DNA of 64,000 nt from Promethearchaeota archaeon. Its GTDB lineage: Archaea > Asgardarchaeota > Lokiarchaeia > Sigyniarchaeales > SOKP01. A program made the position numbers and the translations under genes. Shown in pieces: positions 32,376 through 41,557 of this stretch; positions within the stretch are counted from its first letter, which is position 1, and every line of letters begins with the position of its first letter. The notes beneath the pieces are model-generated. The model was not told the DNA's origin. It worked only from the letters and a program-made list of their open reading frames with translations, and made no database searches. The stretch spans positions 32,001 through 96,000 of the forward strand of contig JAHLWS010000021.1 of the NCBI GenBank assembly GCA_019057795.1, read 5' to 3'.

Positions 32376-32653
32376 AATGGTCTGAAGAATCTGAAGAAGA
32401 TTTAGACGATATACTTTCGTATCTTTCAAAAACCTCATTTCAATATGCCAACTCTTTTTTTGAACGCGTTCATGAAGCTGTAGAATATATTAAACAATTT
32501 CCTAAAATAGGTCGTAAAGTTCCGGAATCTAAGAATCCAAGCGATAGGGAATTAATTATTCAAAAATATAGACTAATTTATAGGTTTTTAGAGGAAGAGA
32601 AAAGAATACTAATTATGATGATAATTCACGGAAGTAGAATATTGAAATTATAA
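32363..32653 (+). CDS. RelE/ParE family toxin
   Basis: IEWSEESEEDLDDI, FPKIGRKVPE, RELI..YRLIYR, IIHGSR. Confidence 0.9.
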   Translation: MVQIEWSEESEEDLDDILSYLSKTSFQYANSFFERVHEAVEYIKQFPKIGRKVPESKNPSDRELIIQKYRLIYRFLEEEKRILIMMIIHGSRILKL

Positions 32654-32825
32654 AGATATCAAACACCAGAGAACGACATTCCCTATACATTCTCTTACAT
32701 CAAAGAGGAACTTATATAATTTTAAAACTTATTTTTTTACAATTTTTAAATTCTATTTTGTCTAATAATTCAATTATTTAAAGCTTATTAGAAAAAGAAT
32801 TAATAAATTAGTTATTTAATATGCT

Positions 32826-33674
32826 ATGGAAAATAAAAACAAAATAATCTCTGAAGGCGATGTTGTTAAATTAACAAAACAACCTAACACTATAACTTCC
32901 TTAAAACGCGATTTTAAAAGGCTTGGTGTTAAAAAAGGTTCAATTATTATAATGCATAGTTCGCTGAGTAAAATTGGTTGGACTGTTGGAGGGCCAATAT
33001 CCGTAATTAAAGCGCTAACACAAGTTTTAACTTCAGAAGGTACATTGGTAATGCCGACATTTACCAGTGGCAATTCCGAACCATCTCAATGGGAAAACCC
33101 TCCAGTACCTAAAAGTTGGTGGGGTATAATAAGAAAAGAGATGCCCGCCTTCGAAGCTAAAATATCGCCTACTAGAGCAATGGGACGTATTGTAGAAACT
33201 TTTAGGAATTGGCCTAATGTCTTTCGGAGTAATCATCCTAATGTATCGTTCACTGCTTGGGGTAAGCAAGCAAAATTTATTACCGAAAATCACGAATTAG
33301 AGGCAGAATTGGGCAAGAATTCTCCAACTTCCCGCCTTTACGATCTTAACGGACAAATACTATTAGTGGGAGTAAACCACGAGAATAACTCTTCGTTGCA
33401 TCTTGCTGAATATCGATGCGGTTTCCCTGGAAAAAAGTATATTCGAAATGGATGTGCGATGATGGTGAATAATCAGAGACAGTGGGTAGAATGGAAAGGT
33501 CTAGATTATGATAGCGATGATTTTGAGCAACTTGGAAAGAATTTTGAATCTAAAATCAATTATAAACCAGGTAATATTGGTCTGGCTGAAGCTCGATTGA
33601 TTTCACTTCGAGATATAGTAAGTTTTGGAGTAGATTGGTTAATGGAAAAAACAATGAAAAAGATATTAAAATAA
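32826..33674 (+). CDS. AAC(3)/YokD family N-acetyltransferase
   Basis: MHSSLSKIGW.VGG, GTLVMPTF, RSNHP..SF.AWG, LHLAE. Confidence 0.9.
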   Translation: MENKNKIISEGDVVKLTKQPNTITSLKRDFKRLGVKKGSIIIMHSSLSKIGWTVGGPISVIKALTQVLTSEGTLVMPTFTSGNSEPSQWENPPVPKSWWGIIRKEMPAFEAKISPTRAMGRIVETFRNWPNVFRSNHPNVSFTAWGKQAKFITENHELEAELGKNSPTSRLYDLNGQILLVGVNHENNSSLHLAEYRCGFPGKKYIRNGCAMMVNNQRQWVEWKGLDYDSDDFEQLGKNFESKINYKPGNIGLAEARLISLRDIVSFGVDWLMEKTMKKILK

Positions 33675-33742
33675 ATATATTTTACCTTACATTATTAATT
33701 CTATAATTCTATAAAAAAAGAAAAAATAGATGTAGTGTAAAA

Positions 33743-34300
33743 ATGAAAAAAGTTCTAATCGTTTATGGAACAAGATACGGAAGTACTGAAGAAGTTTCAA
33801 ATAAGATAGTGAATACTTTAAAAGAAAAAGGGATTGATACTTCTGCTATAAATTCTAAAGATTTAATAACTGAAAACCAACCTAATTTAGAGGAATACGA
33901 TGGAATAATAATCGGTTCAGGTATTAAAGTAGGTCAATGGACAAAAGAAACAAAAAAATTCATAGAAAATAATTTAGAATTTTTCAAAAATTCTAATGTA
34001 GTTTTAGGTGTTTTTGTAAGCTCCGGTCTGGCAAGCAGTCCTGAGAAAATAGCTGAATTAAAAAAAGAATACATAGAGAATGTATTAAATCAATATGGAA
34101 TAACAGCTGACTTATACGATCTGTTTGGAGGAGTTCTAGATTTATCTAAAGATTCAAATATTGGATTTTTGGGAAAAAAAATGGTAAAGATGGTTAGTAA
34201 AGAAGATCCTAGAATTAAACCTAATCAAAGAAATGATTTGAGGGATTGGAACCAAATAAAGAAATTTACTGAAAACTATGCAAATTTATTGAAGAATTAA
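33743..34300 (+). CDS. flavodoxin-domain protein (HemG/Flavodoxin_5-like)
   Basis: YGTRYGSTEE, GSGIKVGQW, FGG, DLRDW. Confidence 0.85.
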   Translation: MKKVLIVYGTRYGSTEEVSNKIVNTLKEKGIDTSAINSKDLITENQPNLEEYDGIIIGSGIKVGQWTKETKKFIENNLEFFKNSNVVLGVFVSSGLASSPEKIAELKKEYIENVLNQYGITADLYDLFGGVLDLSKDSNIGFLGKKMVKMVSKEDPRIKPNQRNDLRDWNQIKKFTENYANLLKN

Positions 34301-34515
34301 ATCAATCTTTTTTTACTTTTTATTTTTTTAACTTAAAACTATGGATGAAAGTGATAATCTCAAAATCAACAGTTTTACATTAAAATTATTTAAAAAAAAA
34401 GATAAGGTTAGATAACAATCGCAAAATCGCAAAAACTTTTACTAATTATTATTTAATACTTATGTTAAATTATTACTTTGTTATTACTTTATTAGATTTA
34501 TACTACTTCGTTAAA

Positions 34516-34815
34516 TTAATAGCGATTTCGCCTACCGCCGCCACCGCCCCTATTGTATGAACCAAATTGAGGGGGAGCTTTCTCGGTTACCACAACATTT
34601 GAAGCTTGTGGTCCTTTCTGACCTTCTGTTACTTCAAACTCAACCTTATCGTTTTCGTTTAGCGTCAAATATTCGTCTTCTCCACCAGATAGTGCGGTGT
34701 AATGAACGAATACGTCGTTTCCTTCTTCAGAGTTTATAAATCCAAAGCCTTTTCGGCTATTAAACCATTTTACTGTTCCTTTTACCACTTTTAAAACCAT
34801 TTTTTTTGAAAACAA
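34516..34815 (-). CDS. cold-shock domain protein with Gly/Arg-rich tail (start probably a few codons downstream)
   Basis: [26 protein letters not shown]; tail [13 protein letters not shown]. Confidence 0.93.
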   Translation of the reverse strand: MFSKKMVLKVVKGTVKWFNSRKGFGFINSEEGNDVFVHYTALSGGEDEYLTLNENDKVEFEVTEGQKGPQASNVVVTEKAPPQFGSYNRGGGGGRRNRY

Positions 34816-34929
34816 TTCTTTAATCTTTTCTTAAAGAATTAATTAAGAAAAGAATCCATATCTAATTAATTTTTCCGTTTTTCTCATTTCTTATTCGTTT
34901 GATTTTTCAATTTCCTATTGTGATATTAA

Positions 34930-35490
34930 TTAGGATCTCACAGAAAATGCTTGTTTTTCAAGCGGTTCTTTAACTAAGCCATAATAATTACGCGCAATGT
35001 ATACAATTTGGTCCTGCTTTAACGGATCTAGTTTTTTACCGGTTAATTTTTCCTCATCGACATGAACTGCCAAAACTTCACCTAAGTAAATTACGTGACT
35101 GCCATGCTTTATTTTTTTGATGACTTTACATTCGATATTAATCGGGAATTCTTTAATGAGTGGTACTTCTACTTCAGAACCTTTTTGCTTCGTTAAGTTA
35201 AGTTCTTTCCATTTATCTACTTTCTTCCCCGTTCTCGTTCCACAGAAATCCATCTCTCTAATTTGGTCTGCGTTCGGAACGTTAACCACAAATTCCTCCA
35301 ATTTTTCAATTAGGGAATACGAGTGTCTTGATGGTCGAATAGAAACGGAGATTACCGGCGGTTCAGATACCACTCGAGCAACCCACGCAAGTGTTATGAG
35401 ATTTGCTTCGTCCCATTCACCTACCGAAACAACAACGGCAGGAGATACGATAGGAGTCGTTGTTTTATTAATTTGTATCTTCATAAGCAT
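34930..35490 (-). CDS. flavin reductase family protein
   Basis: NLITLAW, PP...SIRPSRHS, EFVVNVP, IECKV, GSH...GEV. Confidence 0.9.
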   Translation of the reverse strand: MLMKIQINKTTTPIVSPAVVVSVGEWDEANLITLAWVARVVSEPPVISVSIRPSRHSYSLIEKLEEFVVNVPNADQIREMDFCGTRTGKKVDKWKELNLTKQKGSEVEVPLIKEFPINIECKVIKKIKHGSHVIYLGEVLAVHVDEEKLTGKKLDPLKQDQIVYIARNYYGLVKEPLEKQAFSVRS

Positions 35491-35512
35491 TAATCAACCC
35501 AGAAATTTTTTG

Positions 35513-35950
35513 CTAACCGTCTTCTTGTTCCTTTAGGAGATATTCATCTATTTCTTTTTTAAACTCAGAATAAATTTCAGAAATATTATTCATAAGTGGT
35601 TCTAATTTCTCCTCATCAATAAAAAATCCATAAGCATGGGTAAAAAAGTGCCGAAAAACTAAATACTTACCAATTTTATCAAGAATTTCTTTCGATATTA
35701 TTTTATTGTCAAAAGCAAAATTCAATAAATCTTTATGCCATGTGGGTGACTCAGGGATTGGTAAGTTTTGGTGTAAAAGTATTTGTTTTAAAATATTTTC
35801 CATACCCGTATAGATATTTTGAAGAAAGGCTCCAATTCCTACAAGAATTACGAGTTCTTTACTCGGTTTTTTTTTCACTTTTTCCAATTCAATTAAAATT
35901 TTTTCAATATTTTCATTCTCCGCAAGAATTTTGTCCTTAACATTAGCCAT
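35513..35950 (-). CDS. HEPN toxin (HepT-like RNase)
   Basis: YTGMENI, WHKDLL, RHFFTHAY (Rx4H-xY). Confidence 0.88.
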   Translation of the reverse strand: MANVKDKILAENENIEKILIELEKVKKKPSKELVILVGIGAFLQNIYTGMENILKQILLHQNLPIPESPTWHKDLLNFAFDNKIISKEILDKIGKYLVFRHFFTHAYGFFIDEEKLEPLMNNISEIYSEFKKEIDEYLLKEQEDG

Positions 35951-36212
35951 ATAATACTAACCCATCTTCCTCTATTAGTTTATTAAATAAACAATCTATA
36001 CTTATATCAATTACATCTACTGGTTTCGATAAATCCCTGTACAATTCCCAGCAAAAATCAAAAAATAATTTAGGTTCTATACCTCTTACACCAATATCTA
36101 TATCTCGCGCATCCTCCCTCTCTTTAGAGGAACCGAAGAGAATAACTTTTTCTAAGTTGTATTTTCTTGCGTATAATAATATTATTTTTTTATCTTCTTC
36201 AGATATCATCAT
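35943..36212 (-). CDS. minimal nucleotidyltransferase antitoxin (MNT)
   Basis: LFGS...RDID, PVDVI; overlaps the HEPN gene. Confidence 0.88.
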   Translation of the reverse strand: MMISEEDKKIILLYARKYNLEKVILFGSSKEREDARDIDIGVRGIEPKLFFDFCWELYRDLSKPVDVIDISIDCLFNKLIEEDGLVLYG

Positions 36213-36334
36213 ATATTATATCTCTTTTAATATTTATTTAGATTTTGGTGTGTATTGAAAATAGATTTCTGTTTTATATATTTTTTGAGAAATAATATAT
36301 TTTTACCTTTACCTTTAAAACAATATAGGAAGAG

Positions 36335-37168
36335 TTAATCAACCCAAAAATCTTTTGCCAATCGTCTTCTTGTTTGCCACAGACCACCCTTTTCAGTGAA
36401 TCCAAGTACACCTTTACCTTGATCAGCGTCTTTTATTTTCCACATCCCGCTAAAAGCCCCAGTTAAAGCGCCGGATAAAACTTCAAAGCCTTGGGCGGTA
36501 TATAAGTCACACTCTACTCCGCGATTAATAATAAATTTTAGTTGACGCATACCTTGCTGGTTTTTGGATTTAAGCACATCCAACAACAGTTCTACTTCGG
36601 TATCAAGTTGGTCGTTGGGCACAACCCGGTTCCATAGGTTCCATTCTACTGCTTTTTCTCCAGAGTGGAGCGCGCCGATAAGATTAATCTCTTTAGCTCT
36701 CCGTCGACCTATAAGTCGAGATAATCGCGTAGTACCGCCCCATCCGGGAGTTATTCCGACGTCTACTTCGGGCATGCCCCACTTCGAGCGCTCAGTGGCA
36801 ATTACAAAATCACACACCATCGTAATTTCCAAACCGCCACCTACTGCATAACCGTCTACTGCTGCAATTGTGATTTTATCGAGTTCCTCGATTTGATTCG
36901 CCATATTTTGATAGTATCGACATCTTCGAGTTATATCGTTAGCGTTTCCCCATTTAATCATTTCTTTAATATCATCGCCCACGCAGAAGTTATCCCCCGC
37001 GCCCTTGATAACTAAGAATTTGAGTTTTGTAGACTGCCTTACGATTTCTATAGCGGCAACTATCTCTTCAGAAAGTTTCATGCTTAACGCGTTCATGACA
37101 TCAGGTCGATTGAGCGTTATCCAAGCCACTTGGTCCGTCTCTTTATATATTAAATTTTCGAATTTCAT
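36335..37168 (-). CDS. enoyl-CoA hydratase/isomerase
   Basis: ITLNRP..NAL, FCVGDDI, AVGGGLE, PE..GITPGWGGT. Confidence 0.92.
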   Translation of the reverse strand: MKFENLIYKETDQVAWITLNRPDVMNALSMKLSEEIVAAIEIVRQSTKLKFLVIKGAGDNFCVGDDIKEMIKWGNANDITRRCRYYQNMANQIEELDKITIAAVDGYAVGGGLEITMVCDFVIATERSKWGMPEVDVGITPGWGGTTRLSRLIGRRRAKEINLIGALHSGEKAVEWNLWNRVVPNDQLDTEVELLLDVLKSKNQQGMRQLKFIINRGVECDLYTAQGFEVLSGALTGAFSGMWKIKDADQGKGVLGFTEKGGLWQTRRRLAKDFWVD

Positions 37169-37350
37169 AATTTATTTTTGATTAAGTTTTATATAAATGT
37201 ATAGAACATTTTTATCATTAATTATTTTTTAAAGGTTATTGGAAGAGTTGTACGCCATACGGCTAGTTATTTTGTGGTTAGGTCATTTATGATTATTTAG
37301 TTATATTAAATTTATATTTTTTTCAATTTGAGATTAAATATGAGATAAAA

Positions 37351-37358
37351 TTTATAAA
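37351..37358 (+). promoter_or_regulatory. TATA box for the leader-leuS transcript
   Basis: TTTATAAA preceded by purine-rich GATAAAA (BRE-like), ending 27 nt before the uORF ATG. Confidence 0.55.
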
Positions 37359-37384
37359 ATACAATTACTATATTTTCTATAATA

Positions 37385-37471
37385 ATGATCTCTAATAATA
37401 TTGCTTCAAGAAAATCAATACGAGCTTTTGTACTTCTAGGATATTTGCTTTTAGCATTATTATTATTGTGA
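37385..37471 (+). CDS. Leu-rich leader peptide MISNNIASRKSIRAFVLLGYLLLALLLL upstream of leuS
   Basis: 9 Leu codons (CTT CTA TTG CTT TTA TTA TTA TTA TTG) in the last 12 codons and none earlier; 153 nt before the leuS ATG. Confidence 0.75.
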   Translation: MISNNIASRKSIRAFVLLGYLLLALLLL

Positions 37472-37527
37472 GTGAAACAAATCCACTCGATCTTTTTCTT
37501 TTTAAATTTCCACGGATTTGTTCTCTC
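37469..37527 (+). promoter_or_regulatory. candidate attenuator: alternative hairpins plus U-tract
   Basis: GAGTG/CACTC hairpin (37470-37488) followed by TCTTTTTCTTTTT, versus AACAAATCC/GGATTTGTT (37476-37484/37514-37522), which loops out the U-tract. Confidence 0.6.
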
Positions 37528-37624
37528 TGTGTATACAATTTAATTGAAGGAGGTCATAGGTGGGTTGGTTGCTCTATGGAGATAAAAAGTTAACTTGAAA
37601 ATAAAAAAAATAGTGGTAAAATTC

Positions 37625-40513
37625 ATGTATAAACCCCAAGAAATCGAAAAGAAATGGCAGGAAAAATGGGAACAAGCTAAAATTTTCGAAGCAAACCCAA
37701 ATCCGGAGAAAAAGAAGCTTTTTATAACGTCTCCTTACCCATATGCTTCTGGACCTTCACATATAGGCCATGGAAGGAGTTTTGTAAATGGAGATATATT
37801 TGCCAGGTATTATCGAGCTAAAGGCTATAATGTACTATATCCTATGGCTTTTCACATTACAGGTACTCCTGTTTTAGCAATCTCTTCTTCTATTGAAAGA
37901 AAGGATAAAGAGACTATAGAAAGAATGAAGGACTATGTATCTTTACACACTAAAAGTCAAGAAAAGGTAGAGAAGATTGTAGAAAGTTTTGTAGATCCTT
38001 GGAATATTGTTAACTATTTTTCTAAAACAATAAAAACCGATTTTAAATCGATAGGAATGAGTTTAGATTGGAGAAGGGAATTTACTACGGGTGACAAGTT
38101 ATATAACAAGCTGATTGAGTGGCAATATTACAAATTATCTGAGTTAGGGTACTTGGAAAAAGGCGAATATCCCATTCTTTATTGTATGCGATGCGAAAAT
38201 GCTGTAGGAGAGGACGATATAGCAAGTGGAGACGAACTTGATTTGAACATAAACGAATACATTTGTATAAAATTTCCGTTTGAAGACGCTTATTTAGTAC
38301 CTTCTACCTTAAGACCAGAAACGATATATGGTGCGACTAATCTATGGATAAACCCAAATGGGGCGTATGTTTACGCTAAAGTCAACGGAGAGAAGTGGAT
38401 TATTTCTGAAGATGCAACCAATCTTTTAAAAAATCAAAATAAAAACGTTACCATACTTGAAAAAATTAGGGGAATGGAACTTATTGGTAAAAAGGTTAAG
38501 GATGTAGATGGAATCAGAGAGCTTTTAATATTACCAGGATATTTCGTAGATACTTCAGTAGCTACGGGCGTGGTCTACTCTGTGCCAGCTCATGCTCCCT
38601 ATGACTACATCGCTTTAATTGATTTACAGAATAATCGTGAAATAATTAAAAAATTTAAATTAAACAAAGAAGAAATTAGTCAAATTAAGCCAATTCAAAT
38701 TATAGATTTAGAAGGCTTCGATGAGATTCCAGCAAAAATTTACTGTGAAAAATTTGGAGTTCAATCTCAAGAAGATGTAGAGAAATTAGATAACGCAACT
38801 TCCGAAAATTATAAAACTGAATATTATAACGGCACTTTAAATGAGAAATGTGGAAAATACGAAGGAAAACAGGTAAAAGAAGCAGTAGAGAATGTTATTG
38901 TGGATTTAATTGAGAGAAATAAGGCAGACAAATTCTACCTTCCAATTACTAATAATCTTAAATGCAAGTGTGGAGAGCAGGTGATCGTCTCAATTATGAA
39001 AGATCAATGGTTTCTAAATTTCAATGCGGGAAATTGGAAGCAGAAAGCATTTGAGTGCCTAAATAAAATGGAAATTGCCCCTAAAAAATATAGAATGAAT
39101 TTTGAACATATATTTAATTGGTTGGAAAAGAGACCTTGTGCTAGAAAAAGAGGTTTAGGCACGAAACTTCCATTTGATAAAGATTGGATTATTGAATCTT
39201 TAAGCGACTCTACAATATACATGAGCTTCTATACTATATTACATTTAATAAAAAAGAATAACATCAAACCAGAACAGCTTACACCAGAATTTTTTGACTA
39301 TGTTTACTTAGATAAAGGTGATATCGAAGACTTGTCAAAAAAGACTAGCGTTGATTCGAAAGTATTGAAGCAAATGCAAGACGAATTTTCCTATTGGTAT
39401 CCCGTTGATCATCGACACACAGCTATAATGCACATATCTAATCATTTGAGTTTCTATATTTTCCATCATGTGGCTATATTTCCAGAAAAACAGTGGCCAA
39501 GAATTATTTCCCTTATTGAACCCGTAATTATAGAAGGTCAGAAAATGGGTAAGTCAAAAGGAAACGTTATTTCATTGGCAGATATTCAAATGAATTACTC
39601 CGCGGATTTATTTAGGTTTTATATATCCCATAGCGCAGATTTTGGAATAATCGTAGATTGGAGGGAAAAACAGATACATACCGTAAAAAATCATATTAAT
39701 CGATTTTACTCCTTTATCACAAAAAATATCAACAGAATAAGTGATTTTGACGGTAAAATTGAAGATTTAAGCACAAAATATTCAAAAATTATCTTATCAA
39801 AGTGTATAAGAAAAATAATCGAAGCAGAAAGTGGATTGAAGGAACTCAATTTAAGGAAATACCTTCAATTATCATTTTACGAGGTTTTTAACTTATTACA
39901 AGAACTTAATAAGTACTCTAAAGATGAAAACGATCAAACGGAAGTATATAAGATTGTATTTCCTGAATGGATCCAAATTCTTTCTTTAGCCATGCCTCAC
40001 TTATGTGAAGAACTATGGGAATTAATGGGAAATACAGAGTTTTTATCAAAGACAGTTTGGGGTGATTTTAGCAGAAAGCATATAAATAACGAGCTCGAAA
40101 AAGAGTTTGAATATATTTCTAGCATTGTGGACGATATTTTAAACATAAAAAAAATAGTGAAATCTGGCGATTCAAGTAATATTTATTTATACACGGCTCC
40201 TAAATGGAAATATGAGGTTTATGATGTAATTATTTTAAAGAAGGGAAATTTCAATGACATTATTGATGAGTGTAAGCTCGATAGTGGCTTAATGAAAAAC
40301 AAAAATTTGATTTCATTTGTTAAAAACCAAATAAAAGATAGAATCTGGGAAAAAGAATTAATAAGATTAGATGAGAAGGAGTTAATAAAAGAATATAAAG
40401 GCTACATTGAAAAAAGGATAAACAATGTAATAATTATTAATTCAGAGTACGATCCGAAAAACCGCTTAATAAAAACTATTCCATATAGGCCAGCAATTTA
40501 TGTAGAAATCTAA
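37625..40513 (+). CDS. leuS: leucyl-tRNA synthetase (archaeal type); likely start ATG 37625 rather than TTG 37595
   Basis: PYPY.SG..HIGH, TLRPET, SVPAHAPYD, ESLSDSTIY, KMGKS. Confidence 0.96.
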   Translation: MYKPQEIEKKWQEKWEQAKIFEANPNPEKKKLFITSPYPYASGPSHIGHGRSFVNGDIFARYYRAKGYNVLYPMAFHITGTPVLAISSSIERKDKETIERMKDYVSLHTKSQEKVEKIVESFVDPWNIVNYFSKTIKTDFKSIGMSLDWRREFTTGDKLYNKLIEWQYYKLSELGYLEKGEYPILYCMRCENAVGEDDIASGDELDLNINEYICIKFPFEDAYLVPSTLRPETIYGATNLWINPNGAYVYAKVNGEKWIISEDATNLLKNQNKNVTILEKIRGMELIGKKVKDVDGIRELLILPGYFVDTSVATGVVYSVPAHAPYDYIALIDLQNNREIIKKFKLNKEEISQIKPIQIIDLEGFDEIPAKIYCEKFGVQSQEDVEKLDNATSENYKTEYYNGTLNEKCGKYEGKQVKEAVENVIVDLIERNKADKFYLPITNNLKCKCGEQVIVSIMKDQWFLNFNAGNWKQKAFECLNKMEIAPKKYRMNFEHIFNWLEKRPCARKRGLGTKLPFDKDWIIESLSDSTIYMSFYTILHLIKKNNIKPEQLTPEFFDYVYLDKGDIEDLSKKTSVDSKVLKQMQDEFSYWYPVDHRHTAIMHISNHLSFYIFHHVAIFPEKQWPRIISLIEPVIIEGQKMGKSKGNVISLADIQMNYSADLFRFYISHSADFGIIVDWREKQIHTVKNHINRFYSFITKNINRISDFDGKIEDLSTKYSKIILSKCIRKIIEAESGLKELNLRKYLQLSFYEVFNLLQELNKYSKDENDQTEVYKIVFPEWIQILSLAMPHLCEELWELMGNTEFLSKTVWGDFSRKHINNELEKEFEYISSIVDDILNIKKIVKSGDSSNIYLYTAPKWKYEVYDVIILKKGNFNDIIDECKLDSGLMKNKNLISFVKNQIKDRIWEKELIRLDEKELIKEYKGYIEKRINNVIIINSEYDPKNRLIKTIPYRPAIYVEI

Positions 40514-40528
40514 TATTGAGTTATTATT

Positions 40529-41437
40529 TTATTTTTCTTCCAAGCCATATACTTGCCTTGGAGTAAGATATTTAGGAAATTTATCTATTAAGGCTAAGCG
40601 TGTGAGAAAGCATAGATGACATTCATCTACATAAGTATCTTTATGCTTAACTTCATATTCTTTTACTAACTGAGCAGGACCTCCTCGAATTAAAGGACTA
40701 CATATTGGATGAGATTCTGCATGATAATTTTTTATCAATTCTGAAAGAGGGTTTTCCCAAAAATTACCTATACTTAAACCTTGACAAATTTGGGCGTTAC
40801 CAAATGGATCAACATGTATTCTTCCAAGACCCTCTAAATCTTCATAAGGGCATTCAACCATTTCATTCCACGATCTTTGAGGTAAATTTTCAGTCAAAGT
40901 TTCAACAGCTCTTCCTCTGAACATAGCACCACCCCCTATTATTTGTTTTCCTTTTTCGTGCTCTTTTTCATTTCCTATCTCAACTGTAGGTTCATTGATA
41001 CTGATTGAAGATGTTGGAATGTTTAATTTATCTGCTGTGCTTCTTGCTACTTTGGATAAGTTATCATCTTTATTTTCAAAATGAAATTCATCGTCACTTA
41101 CAGTAAAATCCTTTACGCCTAAATCAGTAAGGGATTTAAGCCACACTTCTGCATCCTCAGTACAAGTTGCCCAATAAGAATTAGTTACAATTCCAATTTT
41201 AAATCCTTTTTTATTAGCGAGTTTAATCCCTTCAAGCATTATAGGATAAAACAAAAAAGGCTCTCCACCTTCAAAATAAATCCATTCTATTGTTCCAATT
41301 TTAACAGCTTCATCAAGAACTGCTCTAATTTGCTCTAAAATGAAAGTTCCTTTCGAATGAGGGCTACAATACAAAAAACAATGATCACATTCATAATTAC
41401 ATGTATAAGTTAGGAGAAAGTGAATACCATTTAGCAT
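40529..41437 (-). CDS. radical SAM protein
   Basis: CNYECDHC, EGGEPF, C-terminal Cys cluster (C...C...HPIC...DECHLC). Confidence 0.9.
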   Translation of the reverse strand: MLNGIHFLLTYTCNYECDHCFLYCSPHSKGTFILEQIRAVLDEAVKIGTIEWIYFEGGEPFLFYPIMLEGIKLANKKGFKIGIVTNSYWATCTEDAEVWLKSLTDLGVKDFTVSDDEFHFENKDDNLSKVARSTADKLNIPTSSISINEPTVEIGNEKEHEKGKQIIGGGAMFRGRAVETLTENLPQRSWNEMVECPYEDLEGLGRIHVDPFGNAQICQGLSIGNFWENPLSELIKNYHAESHPICSPLIRGGPAQLVKEYEVKHKDTYVDECHLCFLTRLALIDKFPKYLTPRQVYGLEEK

Positions 41438-41557
41438 GCTAGTTTCCCTTTGATTAAGATTTTGAGTATATATCCAATTTAACTTAGTATTAAAATAAAG
41501 TTAATTAATAAAAATACATTTGATTCTATAAAATTTTATAAAGTAAAGTGAAGATTA

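Noticed and set aside
32826-33674. Aminoglycoside resistance gene
   Set aside because: The YokD/AAC(3) family is widespread with unknown substrates; resistance cannot be inferred from motifs.
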